Origin: Octopus bimaculoides
Lineage: Eukaryota
Direction of reading: 5' to 3'
Length of the DNA: 36,932 nt
Assembly (NCBI RefSeq): GCF_001194135.2
Contig: NC_068987.1
Span: 60,202,210 to 60,239,141, forward strand
A program made the position numbers and the translations under genes. The notes under the pieces were generated by a model that saw only the letters and a list, made by a program, of their open reading frames with translations, ran no database searches and was not told where the DNA came from. Positions 1 to 10,015 of the stretch are shown here, in pieces (the first letter of the stretch is position 1; each line of letters opens with the position of its first letter).

Positions 1-263
1 CTATCATAGTAGGTGCCTTAGGTGTAATAAAAAAATATTCAGACAAATACATAACAAAAACACCAGGACTTACAAATATATATAACATACAGAAAATTGC
101 ACTACTGGGTACTGCACACATTCTACGCAAAACACTTTCAATACAGTAAACATAAGAGCACCACAGCAAACCACAGCACATAACCAAGGCGCACAGAGCT
201 GCGCTCGGTAGTGAAGTGAAAGCACGTTATAAAAATAAAACTACTGAACAATAATAATAATAA
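1..263 (+). mobile_element. 3' end of an R4/Dong-clade (RLE endonuclease) non-LTR retrotransposon: ORF C-terminus, 3'UTR and (TAA)n tail
   Basis: Frame 3..149 reads IIVGALGVIKKYSDKYITKTPGLTNIYNIQKIALLGTAHILRKTLSIQ*, matching the R4/Dong C-terminal pattern (P)IVIGALG...QK.ALLGTA.ILRK.L. About 100 bp of UTR follows, then ATAATAATAATAA at 251-263. Truncated by the window edge. Confidence 0.8.
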
Positions 264-1085
264 ATAGTATTTTTTTCTATTAGCTAGAAGAACTTATAGC
301 TCCTACAGCACAACAAATGTTATACCAGAGCTTACGATACATGTAGAGAAAAGGTTGCGATATATGAAATTCAACTGTAAAAATTTTATTCAACATGAGA
401 CAATAAATTCTAATCGAACTAAAAATTAGGATATGCTATAGATTCATAAATGGAGATGAGGAAAGGCATAAATCTCACAACGATACATGTAGGGAAACGG
501 TTGAAGCCATGTTTAGTAGTCTGTTGAGGTATGGTGACACAACTGTACCGTTGTTTTTATGACAACACCATAATTAGGTGATAGGGACTGCCAGTCAAGA
601 TGAAAGAACCCCCATCTCCCCACTTGACGTCAACACGATATTTCATTGACTCGGGATAAATAATAGTGTTTATGTTTGTTTGCTTTTCTAGTCTCAAAGT
701 CTTGCAGCATGTACAATATAATAAATGATATAAACATAGTGGTTACAATACAGTGAAAAAAGTGAGTGAACGGATCAAAATTTAATAAAAGCACAAAATA
801 AACTTTTAAAACATTGTATAAAACTCACGATAGTTAAAACAAGATAATAATAAGAAACATGAAAAATATTTAGCATAATCTCTCCACTCACGAGTGTGAG
901 TTCAATGGCACAATTGAACCAGAACATCCTTCTGCACTGCTTCTATCGTTCCAAAAGGCTTGCGTCCGGGTTTTTGTGATTACGTGACGTTTGAAAAGTC
1001 CAACATGTTTGAGTTGAGATTTTTAATATTTTCGTAAATAGTGAGCACTTTGCTAACAATCTATTATCCAAATGCTTGAACATAC

Positions 1086-1211
1086 CTTGGTCATCTAAGT
1101 CTTCTCCGACGAATAACTCATCCTTGTTGCCTTCCAAGAAGCATGCATCAATTAACCCATGAATTATATTGCCATTGCTAATCTTCACAACTGTGAATTC
1201 AAAAATGTTGT
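1086..1211 (-). CDS. Candidate 126-nt phase1-1 exon of an unidentified gene, or a degenerate coding fragment
   Basis: Minus strand: ctcccaactcctgcag|...GATGACCAAG|gtatgt. Open frame DNIFEFTVVKISNGNIIHGLIDACFLEGNKDELFVGEDLDDQ. Alternative in-frame acceptor at 1190. No recognised homology. Confidence 0.3.
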
Positions 1212-1749
1212 CTGCAGGAGTTGGGAGATCTTTTCCCTGTTTTTAGTTGCTTTCACTTTTGGTGTATATATTTTTTTCCATTAGAGCTCATTATTTCCTT
1301 TCTTCTGCTTGTATTTTGTTTCCAGCAGTTGGCCCTCTTTTGCATGTGTTTGTCACAAGGCAGTGGAGCAGTACTGGAGAGTAGCTTTGCAATTGTTCAC
1401 GTATAAGACCCAATAGTGGAGCGTGCTTTCCGTCCACTCACCAAACCGCAGCTGGTAGTAACTGTGAAGATGCTATTGGAAACTTAGCTCCTGGCACTGC
1501 AAAAAAATTCAAATTCTCCTAATTTGCAGAGGTGTTTGCAAGTGCGTGTGTTGGTGAGGGATTGTGCATGTGTGCATGCATGCATATGTACACGCGCGCG
1601 TGTATGCATGTGTGTGGGTGTGTGCACATTGTTCCTACCGCCGGTGCTCCTACTGTTGGAGTTGCTACTACTAGTGTCACTATGGTTGCAGCCCTTTAAT
1701 TCATGTAGTAATGTCAAGGTGAAAATACCTTCTACCATTGTCTTTTTCA

Positions 1750-1835
1750 TCCTCTTTCAGTCAATGAAATTCGGCTATAATGGAGCACCATCCTGAAGGG
1801 TCTGGTCGAACAAATCGACATCTAGTACTTATTAT
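1750..1835 (-). mobile_element. SINE family A, 3' tail fragment
   Basis: Reverse-complement match to the tails at 15780-15985 and 31560-31772 (GGAGCACC...GAAGGG...GTCGAACAAATCGAC...AGTACTTATT). Confidence 0.7.
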
Positions 1836-1854
1836 AAAGCAGAATTTAGTGAGT

Positions 1855-1985
1855 TACTCCAGTACTTAATTAGTATTTATTTTACTGGTGTTGGAAGGAC
1901 CAAAGACGAAGTTGCTTCGAAAGAATTTGAACTCAGAATATAAAAGAACGTAACCAAACACCCAGAAATATTTTGTCTGATATAC
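1855..1985 (-). mobile_element. SINE family B, degenerate fragment
   Basis: Contains CCAGTACTTAATTAGTATTTATTTT...GAATTTGAACTCAGAATATAAA, homologous to the copies at 2641-3074 and 31932-32140. Confidence 0.65.
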
Positions 1986-2638
1986 TACCACTTAATGATA
2001 ACCGTGAATGAATCTGCGTGCTAAAATTTGTTAAATGACGGGTTGTTTGTTCAGTAGTCTACCCATGCTAAGTGAATTCATACGCATATTATTCAATTGG
2101 TCAATCATATTGAAAGGCCATTGAATGGTCAATGCTATTCAGTTCTAAATGACACATTACACACAAAGCACAATACTCGATATGTTTCCACGTTTATAAA
2201 AACAGCAGAGAAAGTAAATTATAGATAACTATCAAACAGAAACCTTCACATCACTTATTTGCTATTTGCTAATACATTTCTGGGCTTCTAATAAGCCTGG
2301 AAATACTATGGAGACATTTCTTTTCTGGTAAATGGAAATCTGTCATCTTATGAAAATCAGTGTAAGAGGCGATGAATTAAATTCCAGATCCACCTCAATA
2401 AATTTTCGCCACTCTTACAATTTGGAAATATCTAAAATCTTATCTGCACTTTATCAACTACTTAATTTGTTAAGAATAGTATATTAAAGTGTAACTACAG
2501 ATGTTGGTGAGTGTATGCTAAGAAGCTACTTCTAATGTAATATTGAAATATTTACGAAGTTATGTGTGTTATATATAGACAGATAGAGAGGTAGATAAAC
2601 AGAGAGTGAGGTGAGAGATGTAAGAGTGGTAAAATATA

Positions 2639-3074
2639 CTGGTTTAAAATTTTGGCACAAGGCCAGCAATTTCGGGGGAGCGGGTAAGTCGATTACATCG
2701 ACCCAGTGCTCAGCTGGTACGTATCTTATCGACTCTGAAGGATGACAGGCAAAGTCAACCCCAGCGGCATTTGAACTCAGAACGTAAAATCAGAAGACAT
2801 GCAGCTAAGCATTTTATCCGGTGCGAAAATGATTACACCTGAAGAATTAAAATACATTGATTTCAAATTTTGGCACACAAGTCCAGCATTTTCGGAGGAG
2901 GGGATAAATCGATTACATCGACCCCGCTTTTGAACTGGTATTTAACTTATCGATCCCGAAGGAATGAAAAAGTAAAGTCGGCCCCGGCAAAACTTCGACT
3001 CAGGATGTAAGGACGGACGAAACGCCGCTAAGCACTTTGCTCAGCGTGCAAACGATTCTGCCAGCTGCCGCCTT
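2639..3074 (-). mobile_element. Two tandem tRNA-derived SINE family B units (2641-2834 and 2860-3074) within one 16-bp TSD
   Basis: Both units share TTTTGGCAC-AAG-CCAGCA...CGATTACATCGACCC...CTGGTA...AAAGTC...GAACTCAG...GCTAAGCA. Flanks are AGAGTGGTAAAATATA (2623-2638) and AGAGTTGTAAAATATA (3075-3090). Confidence 0.85.
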
Positions 3075-3169
3075 AGAGTTGTAAAATATATTTTAAAAAC
3101 ATATCTTATATATAATTCGAACCATTTCTGATTTAGAACTCAATCGGCTGTAAATAATATATCGATATA

Positions 3170-3173
3170 TATT

Positions 3174-3212
<39 letters not shown>

Positions 3213-3754
3213 NNNNNNNNNNNNNNNNNNNNNNNNNNNNNNNNNNNNNNNNNNNNNNNNNNNNNNNNNNNNNNNNNNNNNNNNNNNNNNNNNNNNNNNN
3301 NNNNNNNNNNNNNNNNNNNNNNNNNNNNNNNNNNNNNNNNNNNNNNNNNNNNNNNNNNNNNNNNNNNNNNNNNNNNNNNNNNNNNNNNNNNNNNNNNNNN
3401 NNNNNNNNNNNNNNNNNNNNNNNNNNNNNNNNNNNNNNNNNNNNNNNNNNNNNNNNNNNNNNNNNNNNNNNNNNNNNNNNNNNNNNNNNNNNNNNNNNNN
3501 NNNNNNNNNNNNNNNNNNNNNNNNNNNNNNNNNNNNNNNNNNNNNNNNNNNNNNNNNNNNNNNNNNNNNNNNNNNNNNNNNNNNNNNNNNNNNNNNNNNN
3601 NNNNNNNNNNNNNNNNNNNNNNNNNNNNNNNNNNNNNNNNNNNNNNNNNNNNNNNNNNNNNNNNNNNNNNNNNNNNNNNNNNNNNNNNNNNNNNNNNNNN
3701 NNNNNNNNNNNNNNNNNNNNGTGTGTGTGTGTGAGTATGTGTGTGTGTGTGTGA

Positions 3755-3791
<37 letters not shown>

Positions 3792-3800
3792 TGTGTATTT
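3170..3800. repeat. (TA)n and (TG)n microsatellites flanking an assembly gap (N 3213-3720)
   Basis: Seen directly in the sequence. Confidence 0.95.
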
Positions 3801-4440
3801 GTGTTTGCGGGCGCGTCTGCATTTATGTATACATGTATGTTTTACCACATGAAACAGGATCAAAATCAAAAGATCACATAAATTTTCATAGTTGTTATCT
3901 GGACAGTTTCCGTTCACCATTGAAGTATAAATTGCGATTTATTTTGCTTCTTTGCTTTGTATATCACTTCATCATGATTCATTTCACTTGCGTTTTCTTT
4001 TATATCTAACACTAAATCGTCGATAAAACTACAGCGTGTGTTGATGTTTGGGAAGATAACAACGTAAGAAATTACAAAAGTATGAAAATATCAGTAGACT
4101 TATGCATTAGTTAAGAGGGGATGTAATATCAAGGGAAATACGATATATTATGGATATGCTGAACTTTCAACTCGAATCCCTACCAAAGTTAAATAATGTT
4201 ATGTCCTTCAGTTAATTTTCTATGTCGATACTATTTAAATAAAACAGAAAATATTTCTTTCAAACGACATTGTAAAATTCGCGTCAAATGTAGTGTTATT
4301 CTATGTAGTTTCAAGTCAGTAGTAAACCAGAACATGTATTTCACACTCCTCATTCCATTTTTTATCCCTGATAATTTGGAGATCAAGAAAGCATGCCATT
4401 GAGATATCACTAAAGACCTCGAACTCATGTAATAATAATT

Positions 4441-4680
4441 CACTTCTTCTTCTTCTTCTTCTTCTTCTTCTGCTCCTCCTCCTCCCCTCCCCCTCCTCCT
4501 CTCCTCCTCCCTTTCCTCCTCCTCCTTCTCCCTTTCTTTTTCCTTCTTCTACTCCGCCTCTCCTTCTCCTTCTCCTTCCTTTTCTCCCCTCCTCCTCCAC
4601 CCCTTCCTTCTTTTTCTTCTTCCTTCATTTCATGTTGTAGCTTCCCCTCTCATTCTTACTCCTTTTTTCTCTTCCTTTTA
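4441..4680. repeat. Polypyrimidine (CTT/CCT)n low-complexity tract
   Basis: About 240 bp almost entirely C/T; it generates the spurious E/R/G/K ORFs. Confidence 0.95.
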
Positions 4681-4709
4681 GCTTGCAATGGATTCAAAGA
4701 CAGATGCTC

Positions 4710-4746
<37 letters not shown>

Positions 4747-4782
4747 CTGTTTGTAACATTGTTCCATTATTATGTGTGTCTA

Positions 4783-4959
4783 TAAGGCAGCGAGCTGGCA
4801 GAATCGTCACTGTGCCGGGCAAAACGCTTTAACGGCTTTCGACTTTACTTTTCATTCTTTAGGGGTCGATAAAATAAGTAGCAGTTGACCAATGGGGTCA
4901 ATGTAATCAATTTACCCTCACTCGCGAAATTGCTAGCTTTGTGCTAAAAACTGAAATCG
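4783..4959 (+). mobile_element. SINE family B copy with an internal deletion of about 40 bp and a TSD
   Basis: Starts TAAGGCAGCGAGCTGGCAGAATCGT and contains CTTT...GGGGTCGATAAAATAAGTA. Flanks are TTATGTGTGTCTA (4770-4782) and TTATGTGTCTA (4960-4970). Confidence 0.85.
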
Positions 4960-5140
4960 TTATGTGTCTAAGTTAAACAATATCAGTGTTTCCTTTCTGT
5001 CCGTAATACTCTGATCTTTAAGGCATGCATCCACAGATTCCCTTAAAATATAAGCTGGACAAAGATCTGTTAGAGATATTCAGTTATAGTCTCTTGTTTC
5101 AAAATGCCTAAAGAAACCAAATTATTTTTACATCTAAATA

Positions 5141-6389
5141 TCAGGTCATTAAGAATAAAATGTCCGATTTTGAACTGAAAGTTTATTTTACTTTATCTCG
5201 ACAAAAAGCAGTGCAGTTAATTAAGGTATGCACCTAAATTGTCAACACAATTTTCCCATTTTATCGGTAGCTTATTAATGCCGCCAGCGAAGAATTCTGG
5301 AAAGCAAGAGGTGACGAAATCAGGAAAGGCTGTTTTTGCCATCTTCTTCAGATTTCAAGTTTTTTCCTTGCAAGACGTTGTCTAATGCCTGGAAAACGTG
5401 ATAGTTGGTGCAAAGTCTGGTGAATATAGTGGATGACAGAGTACTTCCAAGTTCAGTGCCTGTAACTTGAGTAGCGTTCTTTGTGCAACATGAGATCGAG
5501 AATTGTCTTGCAAGAGAATTGGCCTGTCGCTATTGACCAATCTCGGTTATTTAATTGCAAGTTCACTCATCATTTCATCATTTGGTTGATGTATACATCC
5601 GCTGTAATTGACTTACCAGGTCTCATGAAACTGTAGTGGATGACACCAGATCTGGACCACCATACAGACACCATTAGCTTTTTTTGTGAATATTCTTTTT
5701 GGGGCTGTGTTTTGACATTCCGTCTCTACCCAACCACCGTGCACAAAGCTTGCTATTGTTGAAAGGAATCCATTTTTCATCACACGTAACAATAAAATGC
5801 AAAAATGGTTTGCTTTTATGCTGTGAGAGCAAAGAACAGCAACTTTCAAGACGATGTGTCATTTGATGTTCGTTCAATTCGTGTGGTACCCATTTGTCAA
5901 GCTTCTTTACCTTACTAATTTGTTTGAGTTGGAATCGAAACATCAAACCTTGCTGCTAACTCACACATAGTTTGAGATGTATCCGCTTCCACTAGTTTCC
6001 AGCTCATCATTATCCACCTTGGTCTCAGGTCTGCCATGGGGCTGATTTTCAAGAGTAAAGTCACCAGACCGAAACATCTCAAACCATCGACGTACAGTGC
6101 ACTCATTCATCACAGCTTCACCAAACACCTATCTGGGATGCATTGCTTCCACGACGGAACTCATATTCATAAACAACACGATTTTTTAAAATTTATTCAT
6201 CGATTCACAAAAATTGATTTACAAGAGAAAACTCATAATATAATCAGACACCATGAATTGCATTTCGAAAAGTGATGAAGTAACTCTTCAATGTTGTAAA
6301 CAAAGAATTGTCAGAATAAAACATTAGAGTTAACGACTGTCAAACTTGGTGCATATGAAAATCGGACAATTACTTCCCTTAATCCGCAC
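5141..6389 (-). mobile_element. Mariner DNA transposon, about 1.25 kb, with degenerate TIRs and TA flanks
   Basis: TA at 5139-5140 and 6390-6391. The ends share ATTAAG...TGTCCGATTTT in inverted orientation (5141-5171, 6358-6389). Internal transposase remnants are present. Confidence 0.9.
5217..6200 (-). pseudogene. Mariner transposase pseudogene (Hsmar1/cecropia-like), frameshifted
   Basis: Motifs across frames: YEFRRGSNASQ, RRWFEMFRSGDFTLEN..GRP, KKLDKWVPHEL, IVTCDEKW, LLQDNSRSH, HPLYSPDFAP, GINKLPIKWENCVDNLGAYLN* (stop 5217-5219). Multiple indels. Confidence 0.93.
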
Positions 6390-6929
6390 TAACATGACGC
6401 CAACATGAAGGTTATAACATTACACCAATGTGAAATTAAATGGTTACAATAATAACTACAGTGTTAATCGTTCATCTTTATCGTGGACAAATATTCATAA
6501 TCAGGACTTCACGGAAGCTGCCGTTACACGGAAAACCGAGTGTGTTGAAACTAGTATTGAAGGTGGTTTTGATTCACTTTGACTAAATATAATATTGACA
6601 ATTTGCTTCTGATATTGAATATACTTTATTCTGTTTATTACTAAGATTTTAAGTGTACACGTACATACTGTATCACGCACACAGACACACTCACACAAAC
6701 ACTCTCACATGCATATTTGTATGCATGTGTGTGCGTGTGTATGTGTGTGCGCGTGTGTGCGCGTAAAAGGAGTAAATGAGATAAGCAGATGTTGTGGGAG
6801 GTATATGCGCATGTCTTACTCTTCCGGAAAGGATTATCAGCTGCTGCTGGCAGGCAACATGCCTTCGAAATTTTCTATGTGGAGCTCTGTTTGTATATAC
6901 ATAAGTGAGTGTGTGTTTGTGCTTATGTA

Positions 6930-6981
6930 TATGGTGGTGTGTATGTATGTATGTATGTATGTATGTATATATCTATGGGTG

Positions 6982-7028
<47 letters not shown>

Positions 7029-7030
7029 GA
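6930..7030. repeat. (TATG)n/(TA)n microsatellite
   Basis: Seen directly in the sequence. Confidence 0.9.
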
Positions 7031-7322
7031 GTGTGTTTGTACATTTATATATGTATGTTTGTATTGATATATGTATAACTATAGTTATAATATAAATAGT
7101 GGATAACAGGATAATGCTGTTACTAACGGAGATTAGGAAAGGCAATAAAAAAAAGATAAAATAATATAAAGACAATCTAAGTTAGTTGAGTACAAGAAAG
7201 TATAAGGAGCTTTAAAAGAGGTTTAAAGACTACTGTAAACACGTTGATAAACGTTAGAGAGCATATTGGCAGCTTCAGCTCCGAAAGCAATGAGATACAC
7301 CAACACTGTATGTGTGTGTGTG

Positions 7323-7355
<33 letters not shown>

Positions 7356-7563
7356 ACATTTGTGTATTAAGGCTGTCATTGGTTTCATTTTGAAAAATAA
7401 CTTAATATCATAACAATTTTTCGAACCGATCACATGGAGAAATGGTGTTCATCTCCATTTGGGATTTTGGATTTAAAATTATTCAAACTGGAGACGAATG
7501 CCATTTCTACGGGTGATCCGCTGGAAAAATTGTTCAGACAGTAATATATTTTCTTAACATAAA

Positions 7564-7870
7564 NNNNNNNNNNNNNNNNNNNNNNNNNNNNNNNNNNNNN
7601 NNNNNNNNNNNNNNNNNNNNNNNNNNNNNNNNNNNNNNNNNNNNNNNNNNNNNNNNNNNNNNNNNNNNNNNNNNNNNNNNNNNNNNNNNNNNNNNNNNNN
7701 NNNNNNNNNNNNNNNNNNNNNNNNNNNNNNNNNNNNNNNNNNNNNNNNNNNNNNNNNNNNNNNNNNNNNNNNNNNNNNNNNNNNNNNNNNNNNNNNNNNN
7801 NNNNNNNNNNNNNNNNNNNNNNNNNNNNNNNNNNNNNNNNNNNNNNNNNNNNNNNNNNNNNNNNNNNNNN
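7564..7870. other. Assembly gap (N-run)
   Basis: 307 N. Confidence 0.99.
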
Positions 7871-8014
7871 TTCTATACGTATATATATACATATATATGT
7901 ATATATACTGAAAAAAAGTCGTCAAAAATTCTGACGACTTTTTTTTTCAATATTTACTTCTGTACATCACACCTAACACTCTACACATATGTATATATAT
8001 ATACACATACAAAG

Positions 8015-8084
8015 ACAGCCAGCCAGCCAGCCAGCCAGCCCGACAGACAGACAGAAAGGCAGACAGAAAGGCAGACAGACAGAC

Positions 8085-8139
<55 letters not shown>

Positions 8140-8141
8140 GG

Positions 8142-8194
<53 letters not shown>

Positions 8195-8195
8195 G
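8015..8195. repeat. Compound tetranucleotide microsatellite (AGCC)(GACA)(GATA)
   Basis: Seen directly in the sequence. Confidence 0.95.
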
Positions 8196-8339
8196 TAAGT
8201 TTGTATGCATAAATGTATGTGCGTGTATGTTTCCATTTGTGTTTGTCTCTTACTACATGGCAACCAATATCATTTCGTGTATGTTCTTGTAACTTTGCAA
8301 ATTGTGGCCATTAATATAACTAACACATAAATACATGTG

Positions 8340-8420
8340 TCAATTTGGTTAATCTAACCCTTCAAAGTTATATGCTAACATGGCTGCAGTCCACTGGCTG
8401 AAACCAGCAAAAGATTAAAT
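8340..8420 (+). mobile_element. SINE family A tail remnant
   Basis: AACATGGCTGCAGTCCACTGGCTGAAACCAGCAAAAGA resembles the family tail CAGCATGGCCGCAGTCAAATGACTGAAACAAGTAAAAGA. Confidence 0.55.
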
Positions 8421-8630
8421 ATGTGCGTCCGTGTACCTATATATGCGTGTTTGTGTGCGTGCACGTGTGTGTTTAATTGAGGGAGAAAAGAGAGAGTGTG
8501 TGTCTTTATTTATGCGTGTGTACGTGCGTGTATGTGTGTGTATATATGTTCGAGTGTGATTTCAAATTCACTATGTCTGAACATAGCTAAATTATCGATA
8601 ATGTTCTGAGAAAGTCGATAAGTTATATTA

Positions 8631-9017
8631 GTTAGTTGGCACTCCGTCGGTTACGACGTCGAGGGTTCCAGTTGATCCGATCAACGGAACAGCCTGCTCG
8701 TGAAATTAACGTGCAAGTGGCTGAGCACTCCACAGACACGTGTACCCTTAATGTAGTTCTCGGGGATATTCAGCGTGACACAGTGTGACAAAGCTGACCC
8801 TTTGAATTACAGGTACAACAGAAACAGGAAGATAGAGTGAGAAAAAGTTGTGGTGAAAGAGTACAGCAGGGTTCACCACCCACTGCCGGAGCCTCGTGGA
8901 GCTTTAGGTTTTTTCGCTCATTAAACACTCACAACGCCCGGTCTGGGAATCGAAATCGCGATCGCGATCCTACAACCGCGAGTCCGCTGCCCTAACCACT
9001 GGGCCATTGCGCCTCCA
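8631..9017 (-). mobile_element. Full-length tRNA-derived SINE (family C) with a perfect 15-bp TSD
   Basis: Minus-strand A box TGGCCCAGTGG (8996-9006) and B box ATTTCGATTCC (8946-8956). Identical flanks CGATAAGTTATATTA at 8616-8630 and 9018-9032. Confidence 0.93.
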
Positions 9018-9700
9018 CGATAAGTTATATTAAATACGAGTTATATGGGAAGGTCAACATGGTTGTTTATGTTCGTTTTCTTCCTTTACAAAAAACTTTA
9101 GTACACCTTTTTTTTTTACATTTACATCAAAAATATGATTTTGTTTTCTTTTTCTATCACAAATATTACTCCTGCTGCTGTCCTAATGTTTTTTTGTTTG
9201 TTTCTTTTTTAAGTATTAAGCTTTTATTAACTTTATAGAGTTTACGTTTATCAAATTTCACGGAAGTGGTAACTCTTAACATTTAAAATAGATTTGAAGC
9301 AAAATAATGTGACTTAGTGGTGCTACTGTTGATGTCTAGTTGCTACGTCACTCTAGAGCTTAACCGATCGTTTTAATGTCGAAATTCGTTTCTGGATAAA
9401 TAGATAGGATCGAAGCACAAAATGAAACCGATTCGTATCTATCATCCACTGAAAGTTTGAACTACAGTAAAGAGGGACAAACAAAAACGATTACGTTAGA
9501 CTCTCAAACTTTAGTGTGCAAAACAACCAAAGGGTAGAAGTATGCTGTAAGCAATCTCACTTTGCGATACTGTAACAACTCAAAGAGGGTCTCTATTTTT
9601 GGTGATAATGAATGAATTTAAGAAAGACAAGAAATCTTTTGACGTGCCTTATATCCTTATAATATATTCATTTCATATACCAGAGATGTTACATCTTTGA

Positions 9701-10015
9701 AGGTGTAGTATGGTCCAGCAGTTAAGAATGTTCGCTTCGCAACCACCCGTTCGATCTCTCTGCGTTGTATATTCGGTAAATGTCATTTTCTATAAACTCG
9801 GTTTGAACTATTTCTTGTGGATGAAACTGCATAGAAGGCTTTCTAGCGGATTGTACCTGTAATTCAAAAGGTACAGCCTTATCATACAATATGTCACGCT
9901 GATTCTGTTCGAGAGTTACGTTAAACATACACGTGGTTTGTGCAATGCTGAGATGTTCAACCACTTACACGTTAATTCAAGAGTAGGTAATTCAGTAGCT
10001 CGAACAACTGACTTA
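9701..10015 (+). mobile_element. Old SINE with a tRNA head, a family-A-like middle and a family-C-like 3' body
   Basis: A-box-like TGGTCCAGCAG (9711) and B-box-like GTTCGATCT (9749). Block 9850-9990 (TTGTACCTGTAATTCAAAAGG...GTCACGCTGA...CACGTTAATT) matches the reverse complement of 8700-8818. Confidence 0.75.

Noticed and set aside
334-503. 24-bp imperfect direct repeat ACGATACATGTAG(A/G)GAAA(A/C)GGTTG at 334-357 and 480-503
   Set aside because: Only two copies and the flanks do not align; not a CRISPR array or satellite. It might be an old TSD but is unsupported.
1086-1190. Cadherin-like flavour (NGNI..., GNKDELF) suggesting a protocadherin remnant
   Set aside because: The diagnostic DxD, LDRE and DxNDNxP motifs are absent.
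4035-4063. Plus-strand 29-nt exon candidate (CVDVWEDNN) with a gtaaga donor
   Set aside because: Weak pyrimidine tract; such pairs are expected by chance in AT-rich DNA.
4316-4628. E/R/G/K-rich ORFs resembling charged low-complexity proteins
   Set aside because: They lie entirely within the (CTT/CCT)n tract.
8946-9017. tRNA-like sequences with A/B boxes (also 29977, 33470, 34142)
   Set aside because: They are SINE heads continuing into SINE bodies; no complete cloverleaf or Pol III terminator.
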